A stretch of 64,000 nt of DNA, taken from the NCBI GenBank assembly GCA_009885085.1, contig VFLK01000033.1, positions 7,135-71,134 on the forward strand. The letters run 5' to 3'. This document shows positions 29,518 through 37,597 of this stretch, piece after piece. Both the position numbers and the translations under genes were made by a program. The notes beneath the pieces are model-generated. The model had not been told where the DNA came from and made no database searches. It was given only the letters and a program-made list of their open reading frames with translations. How positions within the stretch are numbered: position 1 is the first letter of the stretch; each line of letters starts with the position of its first letter. Source of the stretch: Minisyncoccota bacterium. Lineage in GTDB: Bacteria; Patescibacteriota; Microgenomatia; UBA1400; PJMF01.

Positions 29518-31893
29518 ATGATATTAAATGATGCTAGAAATGTTGACCATCAATGGAATAGAAATTCAACAAAACAAGAAATTCTTGCTTCTGAAAAAGA
29601 TGATGCAGATATTATTGGCAATATATTGGAATTTACAGCAGATACAAAAATATTTTTAGCACACCTACGATATTCAAACGAAGAAGTTCTAAAAAAAATT
29701 GGCATCAAAACAAAAGACCAAATAGATGCTTGGACATCCTTCGTATATTCATCTATAGAATTATTTCACGGCCTAGCTACAAAAGGAAAAGGTGAATGGG
29801 GTATGACTTGGGGTTTAACAGCAAAAGATCCCAAAGATATTGAAAAGCTTCAAAATAAAGTCATAAACAGTATTGTTTATGAAACACTCAGAGATGTACA
29901 GCCTGGAAAAGAAAAACCAGCTATAAAATATGAGTACAAAACTAATAAAGATGGTAGCTTAAAGTCGGTTGAACCACTAGCTGACTCAAGACGTGACCCC
30001 ATTACCTTTCGCGTACTCAGAGGTGGGCCACCCCCACTAGATTTTATAGATATAAACATATCGATGAGTACAATTATTTCCTCAAATGCAAATACTGATA
30101 ACAAAGATATTAATCCGTTGGACATAATTCCCTGGAAAGGAATTATGGATGGCAACGAAAAAATACTTGAAATGCTTAAAACAATAACCGGTATCAAAAT
30201 TGGACCACCAAGATATCTTAAGGACTGGCATGAAGAGCCAGACGACGATGAAAATCATAAAACTGACAGAACAGGAGAATTTTTCAAACCTGATGTTTTG
30301 ATTGGCAAAGGTGATAAAAATTGGCGACTAACAAAATTTGGCAATGACGCAAGAATCATGATGTTGGCTGAGTATGGTGATAAGTTTGGAAGATCTGCTG
30401 CTATTAATGTTTCATTTGCTCAGCATGCCTCTGGAGATGGATTGGAGTTAATGGGCAGCGAATCAGCAAAAAAAGAAGACATGAAATCTGCCTATGACCA
30501 GACTCTTAAAAAACCAGAAATAAGAGAACTTTTAGACGAAAATGGCAAAGCAGAATCAGTCGAGGCACTTGAGTTAATTGGAGAATTTGAACCTCAAGTA
30601 TTGCCTTTCCATACACTCTTGTCTGCTAAATTTGGTCGGTTTGGGTTGGGTGACATGAGACAACAAATTGAGAGAAGAATTGCGGCAACCCAGTTTCAAA
30701 GTAAAGTCATGGCAAAATTTGGAGCAAGAGTTGATGCTATAAGAATACAAGTTGGAATTAAGTTAGACCCTGAGTTGACGGAGGCTTCCAGAAAAACAGT
30801 CAAACAAATCAAGGGAAAAGGTGTTGAAAAAATGAATGGATCTCTTTTAAATGCTATGGCACATCATCTGCATGCGGGCGAATCATGCGGCGTAATGATA
30901 CAACCAATAGAAGGTAGAACAACTCTCGTAACTGTGGGCAATAAGGTTTGGGAAAAATGGGAAAATGTCTGTGATAAATTTTCAAATGATGATCAAATAG
31001 ATAGGTTAAGAGCCTATCCAAGTATGAAAAATGGCATAAAAGTTATTAGGGATAGATTAAAAAACCTTCAATGGCTTCCAGATAGCAACGAACTTGATGA
31101 CTCAGAAACAAGCATGTGGCTAAATGAAAATATTCCAATAATAAAAAATATATTTTCTTTTGACAATGAACTTAGAAATCAGATTGAGCCGATCAGAAAT
31201 TCTGTAACAAACAGTGTAAATGAAATAACTGATGTTGATTCATTTTTAAAGAAAGTAAGAAATAAAAGCGGCGGTGTAGTCACAAATAAAAATGCCGAGT
31301 GGGACCTGAGTAGCATGACAAACAAAATGAACTTAATTATTACAAAAGCAAAAATGAATCCTAATACTCCTTTTTCAAAACTTATAATCCAAATTGATGA
31401 GACATTTAAAAATAGCAGTCAAAATGAATATCAAACAGAAGAATTTAGTAATAAAATTAAATCTCTAAACATCGCTGGAAAATTTTATCCGCTTAGAACT
31501 TTTTCACTAAATGTAAACCATGATCCAACAAGATCAAAAATAAATACAATTTTTCTTGCATGTGACCAACAAAAACTAGATGGTTTTGACTGGATACTTT
31601 CGGACACCGAACACAATGAAGAAGGATTTATCAAATCATTTGAAGCTGAGTTTGAAGACACTGCTAGTAGTATGGGAAACGTAGGTGATTTCTTTATTGA
31701 AGCTGGCAAAGACCCAAACCTAACTGCTCCTGCAATAAGTAGAGATTTGGGATTTCTAGCAGTCGTAGAAGGATGGGCAGTAAATCACACACCTAACACT
31801 GCTGCTGCAGCAAGGTCACAAATTTTTCGATCAGGGTTGCTTGAACCAGCAGACTCTGTTGGAACCGCCGTAGTCTTTCAAACAGCAACCTAA
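29518..31893 (+). CDS. large hypothetical protein (791 aa), first gene of the tRNA-Gly-adjacent operon; no TM, no P-loop, no recognisable domain
   Basis: long uninterrupted ORF; HHLHAGESCG His/Cys cluster; ends at a single TAA that is in frame with the next ORF. Confidence 0.6.
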   Translation: MILNDARNVDHQWNRNSTKQEILASEKDDADIIGNILEFTADTKIFLAHLRYSNEEVLKKIGIKTKDQIDAWTSFVYSSIELFHGLATKGKGEWGMTWGLTAKDPKDIEKLQNKVINSIVYETLRDVQPGKEKPAIKYEYKTNKDGSLKSVEPLADSRRDPITFRVLRGGPPPLDFIDINISMSTIISSNANTDNKDINPLDIIPWKGIMDGNEKILEMLKTITGIKIGPPRYLKDWHEEPDDDENHKTDRTGEFFKPDVLIGKGDKNWRLTKFGNDARIMMLAEYGDKFGRSAAINVSFAQHASGDGLELMGSESAKKEDMKSAYDQTLKKPEIRELLDENGKAESVEALELIGEFEPQVLPFHTLLSAKFGRFGLGDMRQQIERRIAATQFQSKVMAKFGARVDAIRIQVGIKLDPELTEASRKTVKQIKGKGVEKMNGSLLNAMAHHLHAGESCGVMIQPIEGRTTLVTVGNKVWEKWENVCDKFSNDDQIDRLRAYPSMKNGIKVIRDRLKNLQWLPDSNELDDSETSMWLNENIPIIKNIFSFDNELRNQIEPIRNSVTNSVNEITDVDSFLKKVRNKSGGVVTNKNAEWDLSSMTNKMNLIITKAKMNPNTPFSKLIIQIDETFKNSSQNEYQTEEFSNKIKSLNIAGKFYPLRTFSLNVNHDPTRSKINTIFLACDQQKLDGFDWILSDTEHNEEGFIKSFEAEFEDTASSMGNVGDFFIEAGKDPNLTAPAISRDLGFLAVVEGWAVNHTPNTAAAARSQIFRSGLLEPADSVGTAVVFQTAT

Positions 31894-31899
31894 GCTGGA

Positions 31900-32613
31900 G
31901 TGCCAGGACTTGGTGCAATGGGAAACAGCATGGCCATCGCTGACACCAGAGAAACATCTGGACTCAAGGAATCACTTGATCATCCTGCAAAAATGATGGA
32001 TGTATTATTGCCATGGTTGAGAGGAAATGAAAATGTAAAAACTGCTTTTAAAAATTTTCTTGGAGTAAACTTAGACATAGGTAACGAAAAAACAAAAGAA
32101 GAAAAGAATAATCGCAAAAAATTATCACTCTTTCAAAAAATGCTTTCTGAAGATGATTTTGCCTGTTTTAACGACAATAACTCAGAAAAAATTGTTAGAA
32201 GAAATGATTTAAGAATCTGGGGACCAAAAAGAGATGAAGAAAAAAGATTAACAGCTAGTGATTTAAGCGTCAGATATAAACATCATCTAGAGGGAGAACT
32301 TTTATTTGATATGTGGAATCAATTTATAGATGCAGTTGATCAAAATAAAGTAAAAATTGATGATAGAACAAAAGAATCTATCAAAAAATTTAACGGAACG
32401 GGTTTTAAAGAAATGTGGGGAGCAATGATAAAGTTTAGAGCTTTAGACATGCAACATCAAACCGCAAAAGCAAATCTGATCATGAGACTGTGGTTAAATC
32501 CCCATGATCACGATGAGTCTTCGTGGGAAATTTATGTAAGACAATTTAACACTGCAAGAGAATCCTATCGAAACATGGAAAAGGTATTTTCAGTTTTTGG
32601 GAAAGAATACTAA
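31900..32613 (+). CDS. hypothetical protein (237 aa), in the same frame as the upstream ORF and separated from it by one TAA plus two codons; possible C-terminal extension or split gene
   Basis: GTG 31900 (or ATG 31918) start; no convincing spaced SD; frame identity with 29518..31893 computed from coordinates. Confidence 0.5.
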   Translation: MPGLGAMGNSMAIADTRETSGLKESLDHPAKMMDVLLPWLRGNENVKTAFKNFLGVNLDIGNEKTKEEKNNRKKLSLFQKMLSEDDFACFNDNNSEKIVRRNDLRIWGPKRDEEKRLTASDLSVRYKHHLEGELLFDMWNQFIDAVDQNKVKIDDRTKESIKKFNGTGFKEMWGAMIKFRALDMQHQTAKANLIMRLWLNPHDHDESSWEIYVRQFNTARESYRNMEKVFSVFGKEY

Positions 32614-32615
32614 TC

Positions 32616-34739
32616 ATGATTTACGAACCTGATGGCTCATTATCTAACCTAACACTTCCAAGAGATGAAGTGTTAATTGCAATCTATGAAAAACAGAATG
32701 AAGCTTTATTCCTAATTCTTGGAGCTGACAAACCACCAATATTCACTAAAGAATTTGCCGCCAAAGAGTTAGCAATTCAACCACAAGAAACTCCAGGATT
32801 ACTAAAAAGAATTTGGTTTGAAAAGGATGAAAAAAATAAGACGTATAAATTGTGCGGTGTAGGGAAGTGGGGAGGTCAAAATTCAAAACTTGCAGAAATA
32901 TCTATAAATCTTGATATGGAAGAAGCAAATCGACTAATGAGTCTAGCTTCTAATAATAGAATTGAAGAGATAAACTCCTTATCAAATAATTCTGAATTAG
33001 CAAAAACCCCAAAAATTGAAAATTACAGAAAAATGCTAGAAGAAGCTGAAAAAATATTTTTTGCAATGCTAACAGATTATTCTGGAAAAATTGTAGTTGA
33101 TGAAACTGAAAGTGAAAAAAGTAAAAAAAGCTCTGAAGTAAAAAAGGATACGGCGCCTTTAGACACAATTGATGTTCAAATCATGCCAACTGAGAAAACT
33201 GATAAAAAAGATCTACTAAACAAATTAGCTGAAACTATGGAGCTTCGGGTGTTATTTTTAAATAGAAATAACAACGAAATTTCTTACGCTGATATATCCG
33301 AAGTTATAAAATTATTAGTAAATCCAGAAAATGTTGAAAAATATTTTAATAATTTAGGAATTGGCTCAGATGTCATTAGTGAAAAGGAACATTTTGAAAA
33401 TGAACTAAAAAAAATGACGAATGAGTATGCCAGCGGAAAAGTTAAAAACTTGCAAACAATTTTGGAAACAAGAAAACAAAATCAGCTCCAAACAATTTCG
33501 CAGATGATTAATACAATTGTTGAACAAATACCAATGCTTGCTAAAAGTCCAAAAACTTTTGACATTATAAAAAATGCTATGGATCTTGATAATGACTTAG
33601 CCGAGCAACTTGTCAAAGAATATAACGAAACTTCCACAATATCATTTGAAACTGTTTTCGATAATCTCGAAGGTGCAACTGAGTTATTTGAAGCAAAAGT
33701 ATTAGAAATAATTCTAGCAGATTATGAGGATCAAATTAATTCGCTAAAAATTGAATTTAATAAAATAATAGCTTCGCAGACAATCTCAAGGTGTATTGAG
33801 TGGGCCCAACCTCCTTTTTCTACTCCAGTTGATTCAAATATTCAACTCAACGTAGATCCTACTTTATTAGATCAAGCAATTAAATTTTCGTTTAGTCCAG
33901 AAAAGTGGGATATTAATTTAGTTACTTATGCACTAAATAACACTAGACATTCAGATGGCGAAATTGGAAGTAAAATACCAGGCAATAATATTTCAGGACT
34001 ACGAAAAACTAGAGAGAAATTAGATGACTATTTAAAACAGATGGTTGAAAAAAGTAATACGGAAAGTTTTGGTGCTCAATTTAAAGCCTGGATGAAAAAA
34101 TACAGCGATGGAAATATTAACCCAGATTATTACTTATTAAGTTTTACCTCGGTTTTAAAAACACCTTGGAAAAAACTTGAAGAAGAAATCTGGAAAAAAA
34201 CAATGGCCGAGTGGTTAAAATCAAATAAAGAAAAACTAAAAGCCATTGTTACTAACGAACTTAGTAAAAAAGGTGGCGCAATAGATGAAATCAAAAGTCA
34301 TGATAAAGCGATAGCAAAATCAACTGAAATATGGTTTAAATGGCGTCATGAATTGAAAAAAATATTACAAGAAAAATCACTAAATGCTCAAACGGATGTT
34401 GATATTCTAGTTGACTGGTCGCTAAAACAACAATACCCTGACGATAGAATGAAAACAAAAACAAATGAAGTTGCAATTGATTGGGATAAGGACAAAGAAC
34501 TGATAGAAAAACTTAAAGTTGATCATCTAAGAATTTGGAATATAATTTTTCACACCAGAAATATTGCCAAAAGTCTCAACTTAGGTATAGACACAAATGT
34601 TGTTCAATGGCTAAAAAGAATTTCTTTTCAAGCAAAAATGAGCAATCATTATGGATCAGATACTTTTCTCACAAGCGAAGGTGTGGAGTGGAGAGAAAAT
34701 ATTGAGGCCAAAGCCAAAGAAACAACTTCACAAAAATGA
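32616..34739 (+). CDS. large hypothetical protein (707 aa), K/E-rich and probably mostly alpha-helical, no TM or P-loop
   Basis: starts 2 nt after the upstream stop; stop overlaps the next start (ATGA). Confidence 0.6.
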   Translation: MIYEPDGSLSNLTLPRDEVLIAIYEKQNEALFLILGADKPPIFTKEFAAKELAIQPQETPGLLKRIWFEKDEKNKTYKLCGVGKWGGQNSKLAEISINLDMEEANRLMSLASNNRIEEINSLSNNSELAKTPKIENYRKMLEEAEKIFFAMLTDYSGKIVVDETESEKSKKSSEVKKDTAPLDTIDVQIMPTEKTDKKDLLNKLAETMELRVLFLNRNNNEISYADISEVIKLLVNPENVEKYFNNLGIGSDVISEKEHFENELKKMTNEYASGKVKNLQTILETRKQNQLQTISQMINTIVEQIPMLAKSPKTFDIIKNAMDLDNDLAEQLVKEYNETSTISFETVFDNLEGATELFEAKVLEIILADYEDQINSLKIEFNKIIASQTISRCIEWAQPPFSTPVDSNIQLNVDPTLLDQAIKFSFSPEKWDINLVTYALNNTRHSDGEIGSKIPGNNISGLRKTREKLDDYLKQMVEKSNTESFGAQFKAWMKKYSDGNINPDYYLLSFTSVLKTPWKKLEEEIWKKTMAEWLKSNKEKLKAIVTNELSKKGGAIDEIKSHDKAIAKSTEIWFKWRHELKKILQEKSLNAQTDVDILVDWSLKQQYPDDRMKTKTNEVAIDWDKDKELIEKLKVDHLRIWNIIFHTRNIAKSLNLGIDTNVVQWLKRISFQAKMSNHYGSDTFLTSEGVEWRENIEAKAKETTSQK

Positions 34740-37207
34740 TAAGTCGAGAAACAAGCAAACCACAATCCCGCAACGATTTTCTATCGATTCCTGGTCTTGA
34801 TGAAAGAGCACAAGCAACAATTTTTGCCAAAGAAATAGAATTATTGCCTCCAAGAATGCGAAATTATATTGCTATTTTGATGCGAGAAAATAGCAGAGCT
34901 GGCATATTTAAAAAAAGACAATCTGAAGAAAATCTTACAGCACTACTTGAGCCAGCTAGAGAACTGATTAGTTTGTTACATATAACTGAAAATATGCCAG
35001 AGGTTGTGGAAAACCTCCATATCAGGTGGGCAAAAATTATTGAAACTCAACCATATAATGAAAAAACAAGACGAAGAGATATAAGAGAAATATGGTTAGA
35101 TATAATTGAAAAAGGTGTTAAAACCGCGCAAACAACATTTATCTGCAGAGAAATTAGAGACCGAATGATCTCCAGAAGCTATCTCGATAAACCCAGTCAG
35201 GCAATTTCCAAATTTGATACAGAAATACTAAATAAATTAGCTGCCTGGTGCTATGAAGCCCAAGGAGATAAATATAAAGTTGAAAATGGTTACCAGCTAT
35301 TTAAAGAAGATTTGGGAAAAATACTAGAAATTTCACAAGATACTGGCATATCGGCAGAAAATTATTTTAATCACAGAGACAAATCCATAATGCCATGGTT
35401 TTTTATGCTGTTGGTTGGTGATAATTCTGAATTTAGTAAATTCATGTATGAAAAAATAGGCAATAAAGAATCAATGAGACCACACATAAACCTTGGAGTG
35501 ACAGGTATTGATATAGCATTAGGCGAGAATGGACTTGAAGAAAGACCAGACGATCTTTACAAACGTCTTGCTGATCTTTTATATCCTGACGGCTATCCAG
35601 AAGGAATTAAAGGAAAAATTAAAAATTCAGAACAAAGAAGTATTTTTATTGAGAAAGGCAGCGAACTTAAGTGTAAAGTAGCAGACCCAGGTTCAGACTC
35701 ATATGAAAGAGCTTATATCAAAAAGGAAATTGAAATCCTAAAAACTGATTTCCAAGATGATGGCATAGAAATGCACGACAATTTTGGCTATGAAAAACCA
35801 GCTCTTTTTATGTCCTTAGATATTAATTTAATGTCTGATCTCATGGGAATAACTGGTAGCTGGACCAAGTGGCTTGAAGCAATGGCCCATATTAGAGAAC
35901 AAGAAACAACTTGCAACATACCAATTTCTCCAGATGAAGCATTAACTTTGATGAACTGGGATTTAGAGTCTGATTTAAAAAATAAAATCCTCACAAAAGC
36001 AATGCTGATTGCTCATTTCAATAGAGCTGCTGGCTTAGAACAACATCACGGCTATGGAGGAAATAAAAATATTTATAATGATCAATTTTGGGCTAGACTA
36101 GCTTACAATTTATCATTGCCAGAAAATAAAGATGGAGCTCACACTTTGACTCCAGAAATATTAGCTAAAATTTCAGAATCTTCTCAGGACGAAGAAGAAA
36201 TGGCGCAAAAACTTGGATTCTTACTCTCTGGCAGAGTTACTACAATTAATCTCAGTGTGATGGGTGCAAATAGAACTGGAAAAGATGAACAAGCAAGTAC
36301 GATGGAAAGTTCTTCGTATGCAGTCACAGAATCTTGCAGAGCTTATGGCCTTTATGAGCAAGGAAAAGATCCTAAGCCAACAGTTGCTTCTGGACATTCC
36401 ATGGGTGCTCAAATTTTAGAAAGAGCTTTGTTACTTTTGCCTCAAAGTGTAAGAAATTGGGTTGACTTTCTTTCCGTAACTGGAGTCTATACAAGTGAAA
36501 TGAGTGCAATGTCTTTTCTTAAAAAAGGAATGAATAAACTTCACCCATTATTAATTAAACTTGTAACAAATAAGAACATTACTAAACAACAGTTGGGGAA
36601 ATTTATGTCAGGCGCTGGAGAAATCTTACCAATTAAAAAAATAATACTAAAAGGCGCCACCTATTCTCAAGCCAGAACACCAATGGATTTCAAGATTGGA
36701 TTACCAATTGCAGCGGCGCATGAAATAAGTTTGAATTCAGCTCCAGAATATTTATTAGGACAAATGGGAGCAATTGATAACAGCAAAGATAGACATTCAT
36801 TTGATGAACTTGCGTCAACAATATCTACATTTGGTAAAGACATGGTAACAAGAACGGTTGGACGAATTGATTCTGTCCTACATCCTGGAAAATCAATGAG
36901 GGCTCTAAAAAATTCAGACAAAAATATTAGAATAAAAGATTTTGATAAAATGACTATTCCTGAAATGGTTAAGTGGGTAAATGAGACTGAAGTGAATACT
37001 GGTGAACCAATTGAAGTTATCCTGGCTAAAGTTCCACACTACATACAAACGACTGAACTAGGTAGATGGTTGATTAGATTGCAACACATGAAAAAACTAA
37101 AATTACATACTTATGGATATAGAAAAAAAGGTGAAAATTCAGAAGCAACTCAAAATATCAGCAATACAACAAGATCAATTACCGAATTATTTATGGGGAG
37201 AAATTAA
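34736..37207 (+). CDS. large hypothetical protein (823 aa) with a GHSMG (GxSxG nucleophile-elbow-like) motif; candidate serine hydrolase or acyltransferase domain
   Basis: ATGA overlap with the upstream gene; GHSMG encoded at 36392..36406 in frame. Confidence 0.55.
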   Translation: MISRETSKPQSRNDFLSIPGLDERAQATIFAKEIELLPPRMRNYIAILMRENSRAGIFKKRQSEENLTALLEPARELISLLHITENMPEVVENLHIRWAKIIETQPYNEKTRRRDIREIWLDIIEKGVKTAQTTFICREIRDRMISRSYLDKPSQAISKFDTEILNKLAAWCYEAQGDKYKVENGYQLFKEDLGKILEISQDTGISAENYFNHRDKSIMPWFFMLLVGDNSEFSKFMYEKIGNKESMRPHINLGVTGIDIALGENGLEERPDDLYKRLADLLYPDGYPEGIKGKIKNSEQRSIFIEKGSELKCKVADPGSDSYERAYIKKEIEILKTDFQDDGIEMHDNFGYEKPALFMSLDINLMSDLMGITGSWTKWLEAMAHIREQETTCNIPISPDEALTLMNWDLESDLKNKILTKAMLIAHFNRAAGLEQHHGYGGNKNIYNDQFWARLAYNLSLPENKDGAHTLTPEILAKISESSQDEEEMAQKLGFLLSGRVTTINLSVMGANRTGKDEQASTMESSSYAVTESCRAYGLYEQGKDPKPTVASGHSMGAQILERALLLLPQSVRNWVDFLSVTGVYTSEMSAMSFLKKGMNKLHPLLIKLVTNKNITKQQLGKFMSGAGEILPIKKIILKGATYSQARTPMDFKIGLPIAAAHEISLNSAPEYLLGQMGAIDNSKDRHSFDELASTISTFGKDMVTRTVGRIDSVLHPGKSMRALKNSDKNIRIKDFDKMTIPEMVKWVNETEVNTGEPIEVILAKVPHYIQTTELGRWLIRLQHMKKLKLHTYGYRKKGENSEATQNISNTTRSITELFMGRN

Positions 37208-37225
37208 GAGTTAATTATCTATTTG

Positions 37226-37234
37226 TGATATAAT
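37226..37234 (+). promoter_or_regulatory. extended -10 promoter element TGaTATAAT for the ileS leader
   Basis: read directly; TSS would fall near 37241. Confidence 0.4.
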
Positions 37235-37240
37235 ATTCCA

Positions 37241-37575
37241 AAATCCGCTTGAGTTCTGCCACATAATGTGGATATCACAGAACAAGGTGAGGGAAGAACA
37301 TTTTGATGTTTTGTTAATTAGCTCAAAAAAAAGCCTGATAACAAAACAAAAAATAACTAGATCTCTCCGGGTAAGCCCGTAATTGCTGCAAACAAGAGAT
37401 TTGGTTTTTAAATCGCAACTTTTTATGCCCAAAGCATAATAAATTGCATTTCTTCCAAATAAATAGAGGTGGTACCGCCACACTCAACATAAAGTTGAAT
37501 TGAAGGCCCTCTTATAACTAGTTTAAATCGTGCGTCGTGCGTATGAAATGAGCTAGTTATAAGTGGGCTTTTTTG
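37241..37575 (+). ncRNA. T-box riboswitch leader of ileS
   Basis: AUC specifier followed by A at 37274..37277; T-box consensus match AAAUAGAGGUGGUACCGCC at 37461..37479; antiterminator pairing AGAGG/CCUCU and GCC/GGC; 15-bp terminator stem 37507..37521 / 37553..37567 followed by CTTTTTT, overlapping the antiterminator 3' strand. Confidence 0.7.
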
Positions 37576-37597
37576 TAGCAAGAATAACAAAGGAAAC

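Noticed and set aside
37281-37300. Third partial copy of the 'acaaggtga...gaag' motif
   Set aside because: Falls inside the T-box Stem-I region and matches only about 9 nt. Treated as coincidental.
37366-37386. Possible attR-like copy of the tRNA-Gly 3' end (tctctccgggtaagcccg versus actctccttacccgctcca) at the far side of the unknown operon
   Set aside because: Only a short interrupted resemblance. Not convincing as a direct repeat.
37211-37483. 90-aa minus-strand ORF upstream of ileS
   Set aside because: The region is explained by the + strand T-box leader (promoter, Stem I with AUC specifier, T-box sequence, terminator).
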